DNA from: a virus
Lineage: Duplodnaviria > Caudoviricetes
Reading direction: 5' to 3' (one strand)
Length of the DNA stretch: 36,351 nucleotides
IMG/VR virus record: IMGVR_UViG_3300020409_000041
Location: 1-36,351 of that record
A program made the position numbers and the translations under genes. This document shows, in pieces, positions 27,501 through 34,993 of the stretch (positions within the stretch are counted from its first letter, which is position 1; every line of letters starts with the position of its first letter). A model generated the notes under the pieces. It had not been told where the DNA came from and made no database searches. It saw nothing but the letters and a program-made list of their open reading frames with translations.

Positions 27501-29108
27501 GTTGTAATAAATGGAGCAGGTACAGGATATCAAGTTGGTGATGTTTTAACTGTTGATAATACAAGCACAAAAGTAACTAGAGGTGCAGGATTTAAGTTTG
27601 TTGTTGCAGCAATCAATAGTCAATTTGATACTTTATATCTAACTGATGTAAATGGTGAAAAATTTAATAATAATGCAGATCTAATAGAATATGGAAGTAA
27701 TAATAATAGTAGAACAGCTGTAGCTAATGTTAAAGTAAATGGTGACTCAACTGTAAATGGAGATCTTTATACTGGAAATGTATTTGAGGTTGTACAGTAT
27801 AATCATGCTCATCATGGTGGTACAAATCAAATAAAAATAGAAGACGTAGATCCTGATACAGAAATAGTTGCTACCACATCAGATATAACAGCAGATGGTA
27901 CAACAGTTTCAGTCTCTGATACTACACCTTTTACAAAATACTCTGGTATAACCACTGATAGAGGATTTGCTCTTTTTGATGGTGAACTTGTAAGGTATAT
28001 TGTAGGAACTGGACAATTGACATTGACAAGAGGACAATTGAGCACAAAAGCAACATCACATGAATCTGGTACAAGCATTCAAACATATGAAGTGAATGGA
28101 ATGCCATTAGTTGGTATTAATACAACTCATACTCTTCCTACAAATACGACTTTAAATAATGCATCAAATATTGATAATTATTACTTACAAGTAAATGTTG
28201 GCAATTTTGATGCCCAGAGAGTCAGCGGTAATAACCTTTTAAGTTTTACAAATGAAAAAGGATTTGGTGGAGATCAAGTAAAAATATCTCAAAATCATCA
28301 ATTTAGTGCATTTACACCATATTTTAATGTCATAACACCTGGTACCAAAACGACAGTAAATTCAAGTGTTAGAACTATTAGTGGAACAAGTGCTAATGGA
28401 ACAGAAATTTCATTCTTGGATCAGGGAATTACATCCGTAGCATTAAATGAAACTACTCATTTCCCAACTCCTAGATTGGTTGCATCAAAAGTAAATGAAT
28501 CAACTAAGTTAAATACTTTACCTAAAAATAAGTCTCTCACATTGAATATTGATATGTTTACTAAAGATCCAAATTTATCTCCAGAACTTGATGTAAAAAA
28601 TGCGACATTCAGTTTCCATCGAAATAAAATAAATAATCCAATTGGAATTGATAATTATTCAACTGATCAAAGAACAAATCAATTGGAGGACGATCCTCAT
28701 GGGTCATCATTAGTCACTCAAGCAGTATTTCTTGAACAACCTGCAACATCACTTAAGGTACTAATTGGTGCAAGTGTTCCACCTGAAGCTGATTTCAGAG
28801 TATTTTACAGATTATTCAGTGCTGATTCTAGCGAAGTATCTCAAACTTATAGACCATTTCCTGGATATAAAAATATGAAAGATACAGATGGGGATGGTTT
28901 TGGTGATGATATAATTGATTTGAGTCAAAATGATGGTAGAGCAGACGCATATGTAACTCCAAGTTCAACTGGTAAGTTCTCTGAATATCAATTCTCAGTT
29001 GATGGTTTAGAACAATTCCATGGATTCGTTATTAAGGTAGTTATGATTTCAACAAATGAATCATATCCCGTCAGATTACAAGACTTTAGAGCAATTGCAT
29101 TAGCGTAA
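21597..29108 (+). CDS. vrlC: VrlC-like / DUF4815-type large virion structural protein (2503 aa)
   Basis: N-terminus PYYDDF....NFYKVLFRPG.PVQARELT.LQSILQ.Q, APGADR, RTFDESGNY, DPLAQSF, GSLFKSQN..W, C-terminal FRAIALA; follows gp8 as in cyanomyoviruses. Confidence 0.85.
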   Translation: MPQKTNLNISPYYDDFDKDNNFYKVLFRPGYPVQARELTGLQSILQNQVESFGKHMFKEGSMVIPGGIEYDPTYFSAKVNPNHLGIDVSIYLNNIISNNEGKGTRVRGQNSGIVATIKNFILPPEEGVDDITIFIKYNQSGTDGESTAFPDGEILILEENVTYGNTTLTAEETVLTLVTEDATATGSAFGINKGVYFIRGLFIDVPTSSIILDPYSNKPSYRVGLEIIEDVVNANDDSSLYDNAKGFTNFAAPGADRFKVTVKLAKKALQDYDDTNFVELFRTNEGVTKKLQDETVYSEIKKYFAKRTFDESGNYAVTPFTVNTQNSLNDEVNSGGLYTENQVTDKGNTPSDDLMCVKLSAGKAYVKGFDVYKPNTTVLDIEKPRDIKTVDMASIPFDMGSLLKVNNVQGTPFINIGGSKIEAGNNNNVIDLHNGRKGSSNAAGGLKIGVARVYSFSLTDASYSADETSWDLYLFDIQTYTTLRVTALTNPGGKIKGTRVRGLASGAIGYLAENANTSGTNELNLSQTTGAFIEGEQIIFNEKETTEKVSIKNGTLAQPGVISYNIGDIKSVFQSKDKVEATLASDFSADAVLFDHVLPGFSVSDELNITGSSTASVNGRNFANTGIKTDTIIAYNNDAGEVPHFNKISNINSTGTTLTLASTEDVSGVCEGSVSGAQQSTFRIKVAQVSNYGKSSIFTKLPKKYISNVDTSNSNLIINKQILNQSISGNSISFSSQVGLAATVGVTSVFFEPFDAERYSIHYTDGTVEPLTSDQVNITNSGNDISFNGLSKASGNATVNVTLKKFGATSKTKDYVRSQSVEITRTSGVSNLESGLTTSDAYGVRVEDKEISLNVPDVVKVIAVLESKTTSTPVLDKLKFVSGLALNTNVVIGEKVVGKDSRAIGQVVSVPNATEINFVYLNANTFTIGEDIIFKESGIETVLMDTESGNFVNRTNNYNLEKGHKNQYCDYSKIVRKAKVGIPSKKLLIIFDKYQVATGNVGDLFTVNSYTKERYSKDIPSINGCRLSDVLDFRPRVSTFDPDTISGSPFAFDNRSFESTLPFVIAPNESSLFGYSYYLPRIDKLIINRFEEVQLIKGESDDIPVPPTELGDSMEIAEIGLPAYLFDTVNHPIITLKDNKRYTMRDIGALERRIETLETVTSLNALELSTQSMQVKDADGLDRFKSGFFVNNFKDRRFINFHPEKGSICDVDVIKQELVCAVDNWNINPELALNPAIDVTKCDPNSNLQLLDTNCRKTGDMITLDYEEVDWIENPHATGIENVNPFNVIVFMGAVVLDPPSDNWTRTIYVENVRQESTGAKWAAVANTVSLGTKSEATGVTEDTGKDIDDPDSDWYRDRIKIINAQYLETETFLTTYTNQLQGPSKEYDYVESIKVTSEVDPYMRSRNVFFSANGLKPQTKHYHYLDNAIPDIVPKLVEIKMQKGTFNVLEDVKITKSFNKSAKPLTIGFARIQKPNHKFGDTSRPEIGAGLGSPSVSVETYTVDPFDSTRPAPSDTYSATSKLLNIDCIALANIEKYYGFITKGAKIIGQESGAVAKVTSVDLVSDNWGDLLGAFFFRDPNTTPAPPVLFETGSKTFRVTAAPEGTVPVPGSTDHASDASGVFTATGTIETQTTNTVQVRNPPPPSGTKPSETTTKTNLTWKEEEGEKFLAPHRDPLAQSFTVDETGAFLTSFDVYFKSIDPKAKLFVELREVELGTPTQYLVQDYAQLSINPQTYNDGKPIETSNDASVATTIKFQSPIYLESGKEYAIVFLSPASDKYELFVSTMGEKTIKTSNLPDAENVVVSKQYIGGSLFKSQNGTIWTASQFQDLTFKLRKAKFITGVTGTTTFYNTPIEPGNENTQKIIDNPIRSLPRKLIVKIDGSGTKTNAKFPIGRKVSTGLPSDAEDVSITGIVEGQGAPIATPELIAGGSGYSFSSTTAVPTISLTGNGSGATCNITVSGEVVTNVVINGAGTGYQVGDVLTVDNTSTKVTRGAGFKFVVAAINSQFDTLYLTDVNGEKFNNNADLIEYGSNNNSRTAVANVKVNGDSTVNGDLYTGNVFEVVQYNHAHHGGTNQIKIEDVDPDTEIVATTSDITADGTTVSVSDTTPFTKYSGITTDRGFALFDGELVRYIVGTGQLTLTRGQLSTKATSHESGTSIQTYEVNGMPLVGINTTHTLPTNTTLNNASNIDNYYLQVNVGNFDAQRVSGNNLLSFTNEKGFGGDQVKISQNHQFSAFTPYFNVITPGTKTTVNSSVRTISGTSANGTEISFLDQGITSVALNETTHFPTPRLVASKVNESTKLNTLPKNKSLTLNIDMFTKDPNLSPELDVKNATFSFHRNKINNPIGIDNYSTDQRTNQLEDDPHGSSLVTQAVFLEQPATSLKVLIGASVPPEADFRVFYRLFSADSSEVSQTYRPFPGYKNMKDTDGDGFGDDIIDLSQNDGRADAYVTPSSTGKFSEYQFSVDGLEQFHGFVIKVVMISTNESYPVRLQDFRAIALA

Positions 29109-29308
29109 TGAAAACATTTCAACAATTTATGGAGCAAGTAACTCCAAAATATTATGATGAAAAACCTGTTACAATAGATGATGCTATTACAAATAGTGTT
29201 AGAGATTTAGGTAAAATTAAATCTAGTAATGAAAAGTTTAGAAAGGGAACTGGATTTAATCTTCCACTTCCTATTGCTAAGAAAAAAACTAAAGTAAAAT
29301 CAGTATGA
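29108..29308 (+). CDS. small basic protein with capsid-targeting-like N-terminus; putative internal head protein (66 aa)
   Basis: MKTFQQFMEQ resembles the T4 internal-protein signal MKTYQEFIAE; TAATG and ATGA coupling. Confidence 0.65.
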   Translation: MKTFQQFMEQVTPKYYDEKPVTIDDAITNSVRDLGKIKSSNEKFRKGTGFNLPLPIAKKKTKVKSV

Positions 29309-29508
29309 TACCAGTAGAAGGACATAAAAATCTATTTCGTGATGAAAGAACTGGTGCTATCATAAATTGTGATACTAATTCTTATAAAAATTATATGTCT
29401 GATAAAATTAGAAATTCTGATAGAAAAACAGAGATGGAAAATATGAAAAAAGAAATTGAAGAACTTAAATTCATGCTGAAAGAACTATCATTAAAGATAA
29501 CGTCATAG
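29305..29508 (+). CDS. conserved small coiled-coil protein (67 aa)
   Basis: VEGH.NL.RD..TGAIIN followed by heptad C-terminus; a type I recall downstream of VrlC-like genes. Confidence 0.85.
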   Translation: MIPVEGHKNLFRDERTGAIINCDTNSYKNYMSDKIRNSDRKTEMENMKKEIEELKFMLKELSLKITS

Positions 29509-29521
29509 ATAAATATAAATA
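29508..29521 (+). promoter_or_regulatory. tandem overlapping late promoter motifs
   Basis: GATAAATA 29508-29515 overlapping TATAAATA 29514-29521. Confidence 0.85.
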
Positions 29522-29550
29522 CTTTTTAGATCTGAATTGCTAACTAATAG

Positions 29551-29778
29551 ATGGCAGATATCAAAGTCAGAGTAGGGCAACAAAATGCCACAAAAGTGAT
29601 TTCATCACTGGCAGGCTCCTCAACTCTATCATTATCAGAATTAAGCGACGTAAATGCCTCCACTTTATCTAATGGAATGGTACTTGTATATAATGGTGTA
29701 ACGAAAAAATTTGATGCGACATTAGAATTAACGCCAGGTGCAGCACAGAATTTAGACATCAACGGAGGAAATTTCTGA
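29551..29778 (+). CDS. small fibre-associated structural protein (75 aa)
   Basis: LSELSDV...NGMVLVYNG...F fibre-type repeat; ends DINGGNF. Confidence 0.8.
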   Translation: MADIKVRVGQQNATKVISSLAGSSTLSLSELSDVNASTLSNGMVLVYNGVTKKFDATLELTPGAAQNLDINGGNF

Positions 29779-29779
29779 A

Positions 29780-31486
29780 ATGGCTAGTATAATTAGAATC
29801 AAACGATCATCGGGTACAGCCAAACCTGGTAGTTTGAATTGGGGTGAAATGGCATACGTAACTGGTATTGGCAGTTACGGTGGAACCAATCAATATAAAG
29901 ACAGAGTATTTTTAGGAGATGACGGAACAAACGTCAATCCAATCGCTGGTCACTACTATACATCTATGATGGAGCATACACCTGGTGCTCTAGCAGGTGT
30001 CACAAATACAAGAAATAGTGATGGTGGTATTGTAGCAATACTTGATAATAGTAAGAAAATAGATGTATGGAATGTAGATAATATTACTTTAGATGCAAAT
30101 ACAATATCATCATCTGATACAGATGGTGATTTAATATTAAATCCGAATGGATCTGGTGAAGTAATGATACCTGACGATACCTTCTTGGGTTTCGGTGGAG
30201 GAGCAAATGGAACAGCAGCATCAGATTCTAAAATAGAATATGACGAAAATGGCACAGATCAACTAACATTCACTGGTGCTGATGTAAGATTTAATATCGA
30301 TACACAATCAACAAGTAAAGACACTGGTGCTGTAATTGTTGAGGGTGGAGTAGGTATCGAAAAAAATCTTACTATTGGTGGTAATTTAATATCAGGTGGA
30401 GCAGCGTCAGTTTTAGGTAAGATAAGAATTGCTGATAATGTAATTTCATCATTAGGTAATTCTGAGAATAAAATATTCATTGATCCATATCCAGATGGAT
30501 TGAGTAATGAAGGTGATGTTATCATCAAAGGTAACTTACAAGTTGATGGTACAACAACTACAGTTAACTCAACACAAACAACTGTTAATGACCCAATCAT
30601 GATGGTTGGTGATACTACTAGCACAAGAACTGTAATGGTAACAGTTCAGACTGGTGTTTCTACGGTCATAATTGATCAAGTAACAGGTATCGCAGTCAAT
30701 GACACTCTATTACATTCAAGTTTCTCTGCAAGTGGTATTACAACTGTTACAGCGATAAACAGTGGTGCAAAAATGCTTACGTTCCAAGGAACAACTGTTG
30801 CTGGAATAAGCACTCAGACCACATTCACAGTGGTTCATGCGACAGACACTAATACTGACCGTGGACTTGGATTTACATATAACACTGGTATTGGAACTGC
30901 TAATTCAACTGATGGTTTCTTTGGATTAGATGATAGTTCAATCGCATCTAGCACTGCTGGTACAGGAAATCATGGCACTCACGGTGATAATAGTCGTAGA
31001 TGGACATATGTGCCTGATGCAACTATATCAAATAGTGTAGTCACTGGTACGAAAGGATTCTTAGATATTAAAGGTATCTACTATCAGTCAGGAAACTTTG
31101 CTTCAGGTGGTGTTGTATGGTTTGATGATACTGGTTTACAGAGATCAACAAATAATCCACAAACTCCAGTTATTACATCTAAGCAGGTATTAACTGCTAT
31201 TACAAAAATTACACTGAGTTCTTTAAGTGCTAATATTACAGTAGCAGTAGGTGACATCATAAAGCAAGATGGATCAGGTGCCTTTGGTGTAGTTGAATCT
31301 GCAGTAAGTGGTGGCGATGCTGTTAATTTAATTGGTGTTGAAGGTACATTTAATACATCTGGTAATTTAAGAAAGGAAGGTGCTAGTGGTGCAATAGCAA
31401 ACTTAGCATCTGTACCTGCTGCAGCAACAAACGTTTATGTAAATAAACCACATTGGACTTCAACCCTTGATGGAGGAACCTTCTGA
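29780..31486 (+). CDS. tail fibre / fibre-like structural protein (568 aa)
   Basis: IRIKRS...P..L..GE.A N-terminal fibre domain; TGAVIVEGGVGIEKNL.IGG and GNLQVDGTTTTVNS triple-beta-type repeats; ends LDGGTF. Confidence 0.8.
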   Translation: MASIIRIKRSSGTAKPGSLNWGEMAYVTGIGSYGGTNQYKDRVFLGDDGTNVNPIAGHYYTSMMEHTPGALAGVTNTRNSDGGIVAILDNSKKIDVWNVDNITLDANTISSSDTDGDLILNPNGSGEVMIPDDTFLGFGGGANGTAASDSKIEYDENGTDQLTFTGADVRFNIDTQSTSKDTGAVIVEGGVGIEKNLTIGGNLISGGAASVLGKIRIADNVISSLGNSENKIFIDPYPDGLSNEGDVIIKGNLQVDGTTTTVNSTQTTVNDPIMMVGDTTSTRTVMVTVQTGVSTVIIDQVTGIAVNDTLLHSSFSASGITTVTAINSGAKMLTFQGTTVAGISTQTTFTVVHATDTNTDRGLGFTYNTGIGTANSTDGFFGLDDSSIASSTAGTGNHGTHGDNSRRWTYVPDATISNSVVTGTKGFLDIKGIYYQSGNFASGGVVWFDDTGLQRSTNNPQTPVITSKQVLTAITKITLSSLSANITVAVGDIIKQDGSGAFGVVESAVSGGDAVNLIGVEGTFNTSGNLRKEGASGAIANLASVPAAATNVYVNKPHWTSTLDGGTF

Positions 31487-31487
31487 T

Positions 31488-31664
31488 ATGCAGCAAAACA
31501 GTGAAGTAGATGTTAATGTATTAGTGAGCATATATCATACTAAATTAGCAGCAGCGTTAAACCAAAATGTTCTTTTGGAAGCAAAACTCCAAACTCTAAA
31601 AAATGATTTTGAAAAAGAAAAAAATGAACTTTTAGAGCAATTAGCAAATTCAAAGAGTGAATAA
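31488..31664 (+). CDS. small coiled-coil protein (58 aa), possible fibre chaperone
   Basis: ORF track 31467..31664; ATG at 31488 lies 1 nt after the fibre stop; heptad pattern. Confidence 0.75.
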   Translation: MQQNSEVDVNVLVSIYHTKLAAALNQNVLLEAKLQTLKNDFEKEKNELLEQLANSKSE

Positions 31665-32509
31665 TGGCAAAACCATCAACCAGACAAGGATTAATCGATT
31701 ATTGTTTTCGTAAATTGGGTTCCCCAGTTTTAGAGATCAATGTCGATGATGATCAGGTAGATGATTTAGTTGATGATACCATTCAGTATTATAATGAACG
31801 TCATTATAATGGTATTGAAAGAATGTATCTTAAGTACAAGATAACACAGGAAGATATTGATAGGGGAACAGCAAAAGGAACAGATGGTGTTGGAATAGTA
31901 ACTACAACTGGAACATCATCAAATATAAGTGGTCATGGAGTAGTAACAAGTAATTTTTACGAGACTTCTAATTTTATATCAGTTCCAGATCATGTTATAG
32001 GTGTAAATAAAATATTTAAATTTGATACAAGTTCAATATCAGGTGGAATGTTTAGTATAAAATATCAGTTATTTCTAAATGATCTATATTATTTTAACTC
32101 AGTAAACTTATTGCAGTTTGCAATGACAAAAACTTATCTAGAGGATATAGATTTCCTACTTACAACAGATAAGCAAATAAGATTTAATCAAAGACAAGAT
32201 AGATTATATTTAGATATTGACTGGGGATCTCAATCTAAGGATACATTTATAGTTATTGATTGTTTTCGTGCTCTTGATCCCGATACTTTCACACAAGTTT
32301 ACAATGATCCTTTTGTAAAACTTTACTTGACAGCTTTGATAAAAAGACAATGGGGACAAAATCTAATTAAATTTAGAGGAGTTAAATTACCTGGTGGTAT
32401 TGAGATGAACGGAAGAGAAATTTACGATGATGCTGTTAGAGATCTTGATGCCCTAAAACAAAGAATGGCAACAGAGTATGAAACTCCACCTCTTGATTTT
32501 ATTGGGTGA
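31664..32509 (+). CDS. gp13: neck protein gp13
   Basis: LIDYC.RKLG.PVLEINVDDDQ, TALIKRQWGQNL.KF.GV.LPGG...NG. Confidence 0.95.
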   Translation: MAKPSTRQGLIDYCFRKLGSPVLEINVDDDQVDDLVDDTIQYYNERHYNGIERMYLKYKITQEDIDRGTAKGTDGVGIVTTTGTSSNISGHGVVTSNFYETSNFISVPDHVIGVNKIFKFDTSSISGGMFSIKYQLFLNDLYYFNSVNLLQFAMTKTYLEDIDFLLTTDKQIRFNQRQDRLYLDIDWGSQSKDTFIVIDCFRALDPDTFTQVYNDPFVKLYLTALIKRQWGQNLIKFRGVKLPGGIEMNGREIYDDAVRDLDALKQRMATEYETPPLDFIG

Positions 32510-32515
32510 TGACTA

Positions 32516-33931
32516 ATGGCATTAAATCCATATTTTTTACAAGGTTCACAAGCAGAACAAAGATTAGTTCAAAATCTTGTTAATGAACAATTAAAAATTT
32601 TTGGTGTAGAAGTAACATATATTCCAAGAAAATTTGTAAATACACAATCTATCATAGAGGAAGTAACTACATCAAAATTTGATGATAACTTCCAGATAGA
32701 AGCATACGTTAATACATATGAGGGATATGCAGGAGCAGGAGATGTATTAACAAAATTTGGTATGAGTTTAAGAGATGAGGTAACTTTAACCATATCAAAA
32801 GAGAGATTTGAAGATTTTATATCACCCTTTATGAGTGCTGATGAAGATATTGAACTATCATCCAGACCTCGTGAGGGTGATTTAGTATTCTTTCCTTTAG
32901 GACAAAGGTTATTTGAGGTTAAGTTTGTAGAACATGAAGATCCTTTCTACCAGTTGGGTAAGAATTACGTTTACCAACTTAAGTGTGAACTCTTTGAGTA
33001 TGAGGATGAGGTCATTGATACTTCTATTGATGTTATTGACACTCAAGTTGAGGATGATGGATATATTGCTAATCTTCAACTAATTGGTATTGGTAGAACT
33101 GCAACAGCAGTTGCTTCAATCGATACAGGATACATACGTGAAATATTCTTAAACAATGATGGTTCTGGATTTACAGGAACTCCAGTTGTTTCAATTAGCA
33201 CTTCCCCTAGTGGTCAGGCAGGAGATAATGCTTCTGCAGTTGCATTTACAACAACCAGAGCTAATATAACATCTGTTGAAAAAATATTATTAACAAATGC
33301 AGGTGCTAATTACACATCTCCACCTTCAATTACCATATCGGGAGGAGGTGGAACTGGTGCTGCAGCAACTTGTTCAATTGAAACATCTTCAAGAGGTGTA
33401 ATTAGATTTACTATGACAGATAATGGTATTGGATTTGGTACAGTACCAACTGTGACAGTCTCTGTGCCACCTGCTGGTATTGCTAGTGATCGTGCTGTTG
33501 GAATCGCTTCCATAGGTGTTGATCCTAGTAGTGGATTTAATCGTGTTAATTCAATATTTGTATCTAATGCTGGCATTGCTTATACATCTGCACCTACAGT
33601 TACAATATCCGATCCAGAGACTATAAGTGGAATCGGAACTTATATCTTCAATGAGGTTGTTCAAGGTATGCGTTCAGGAACACAAGCAAGAGTTAAGAGT
33701 TGGGATTTTGATACTGGGGTTCTTAAGGTTGGTAACATTGGAATTGGAACAACCACAAAAGGATTCTCACCTGGCGAAGACATTAAGGGACTTACTTCTG
33801 GTGCGTTATTCAGTGTTTCTACATTTGATGACGATAATAGTACCGATAAATACAATGAAGGAGACATATTTGAGTCAGAAGCAGACTTACTTATAGACTT
33901 TTCTGAATCAAATCCATTCGGGAGTTTTTAA
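32516..33931 (+). CDS. gp14: neck protein gp14 with inserted repeats (471 aa)
   Basis: NPYF, EQ.L...L..EQ....G.EV.YIPR, RPREGDL.FFP, FE.KFVEHE.PFYQLG, DFSESNPFG. Confidence 0.93.
   Translation: MALNPYFLQGSQAEQRLVQNLVNEQLKIFGVEVTYIPRKFVNTQSIIEEVTTSKFDDNFQIEAYVNTYEGYAGAGDVLTKFGMSLRDEVTLTISKERFEDFISPFMSADEDIELSSRPREGDLVFFPLGQRLFEVKFVEHEDPFYQLGKNYVYQLKCELFEYEDEVIDTSIDVIDTQVEDDGYIANLQLIGIGRTATAVASIDTGYIREIFLNNDGSGFTGTPVVSISTSPSGQAGDNASAVAFTTTRANITSVEKILLTNAGANYTSPPSITISGGGGTGAAATCSIETSSRGVIRFTMTDNGIGFGTVPTVTVSVPPAGIASDRAVGIASIGVDPSSGFNRVNSIFVSNAGIAYTSAPTVTISDPETISGIGTYIFNEVVQGMRSGTQARVKSWDFDTGVLKVGNIGIGTTTKGFSPGEDIKGLTSGALFSVSTFDDDNSTDKYNEGDIFESEADLLIDFSESNPFGSF
33845..33852 (+). promoter_or_regulatory. 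putative late promoter within gp14 3' end
   Basis: GATAAATA about 80 nt upstream of the next ORF. Confidence 0.45.
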
Positions 33932-34140
33932 TGACTATTCCAGCACCAGATAAAATACCATATGATCCTTGGTTTGATTACAAAATACCATCAGCAATAT
34001 ATGCTACTTTACAATGTTGGATAGCAACTGAAAACACATCAGAATGGACAACAAAAGTTGACAATAATATACATTCCAAAATGTATGATTTAGCAACGAA
34101 AAATGGTTTACTTCAGGGTGGATCAGAATCAATAGTATAG
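33931..34140 (+). CDS. hypothetical protein inserted between gp14 and gp15 (69 aa)
   Basis: ORF track; TAATG coupling; exactly fills the gap. Confidence 0.7.
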   Translation: MTIPAPDKIPYDPWFDYKIPSAIYATLQCWIATENTSEWTTKVDNNIHSKMYDLATKNGLLQGGSESIV

Positions 34141-34144
34141 GAAA

Positions 34145-34993
34145 ATGTTAGGGAATTATTTTTATCACGAAATTGTAAGAAAAACCGTCATCGCATTTGG
34201 CACATTGTTTAATGATATACATGTGCGTCATGATGATGGTGCTGGCAATGTGATATCAGATGTTAAAGTTCCAATAGCTTATGGTCCTAGACAAAAATTC
34301 CTAGCAAGAATTACCCAACAGGCAGAGTTGAACAAAGCAACTCAAATAACATTACCGAGAATGTCTTTTGAGATTACAAATATTTCTTATGACTCAACAA
34401 GAAAAGCAGGTATTACACAAACATTTAAGGCACAAGACGTTAATAATAATCAAATGAAAAAGGTATTCATGCCTGTTCCTTACAATTTAGGGTTTGATCT
34501 AAATATTTTAGTGAAATTGCAAGATGATGGATTGCAAATCTTAGAGCAAATATTACCTTTCTTTCAACCAGGTTTTAACATATCGATTGATTTAGTAAAA
34601 TCTATTGGTGAAAAAAGAGATATACCTATGGTTTTGCAGAATATTGCACAGCAAGATGATTACGAAGGAGATTTTGTTACAAGAAGAGCATTAATTTATA
34701 CATTATCTTTTACAGCAAAAACATTCTTCTTTAATCATATCGCAGATACTCCAGAGGGGCTTATTAAAAAAGTTCAGTTGGACTACTATACAGATACGAA
34801 TACAAGAACTGCATCTAGAGTTCAAAGATATACTGTGTTACCTAAAGCAAAGAAAGACTATAACGAAGATAATGTTATAGATACACAAGATGATGCTTTA
34901 ATTGAACCAGGTGATGATTTTGGATTTACAGAAACAAGTTCATTCTTTGGTGATTCTAAAGAATTTAGTCCAACTAGGAAGGTAGACATCTAA
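34145..34993 (+). CDS. gp15: tail sheath stabiliser / tail terminator gp15
   Basis: YFYH...RK...AFGTLFN.I, VP.AYGP..KFLAR, LPRMSFE, QI.EQILP.FQP. Confidence 0.95.
   Translation: MLGNYFYHEIVRKTVIAFGTLFNDIHVRHDDGAGNVISDVKVPIAYGPRQKFLARITQQAELNKATQITLPRMSFEITNISYDSTRKAGITQTFKAQDVNNNQMKKVFMPVPYNLGFDLNILVKLQDDGLQILEQILPFFQPGFNISIDLVKSIGEKRDIPMVLQNIAQQDDYEGDFVTRRALIYTLSFTAKTFFFNHIADTPEGLIKKVQLDYYTDTNTRTASRVQRYTVLPKAKKDYNEDNVIDTQDDALIEPGDDFGFTETSSFFGDSKEFSPTRKVDI

Noticed and set aside
6822-29108. Intein, intron or homing endonuclease as explanation of the giant ORFs
   Set aside because: No intein splice-junction motifs, LAGLIDADG/HNH/GIY-YIG motifs or frame breaks noticed; length is explained by structural repeats
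29780-31486. Diversity-generating retroelement target, suggested by the Mtd-like N-terminus
   Set aside because: No reverse transcriptase and no template/variable repeat pair seen in the window
16067-33896. Numerous 60-150 aa minus-strand or alternate-frame ORFs inside gp7, gp8, vrlC, fibre and gp14
   Set aside because: Expected antisense mirror of Gly/Thr/Val-rich codon usage (P/V/T/I-rich translations); no evidence of independent coding
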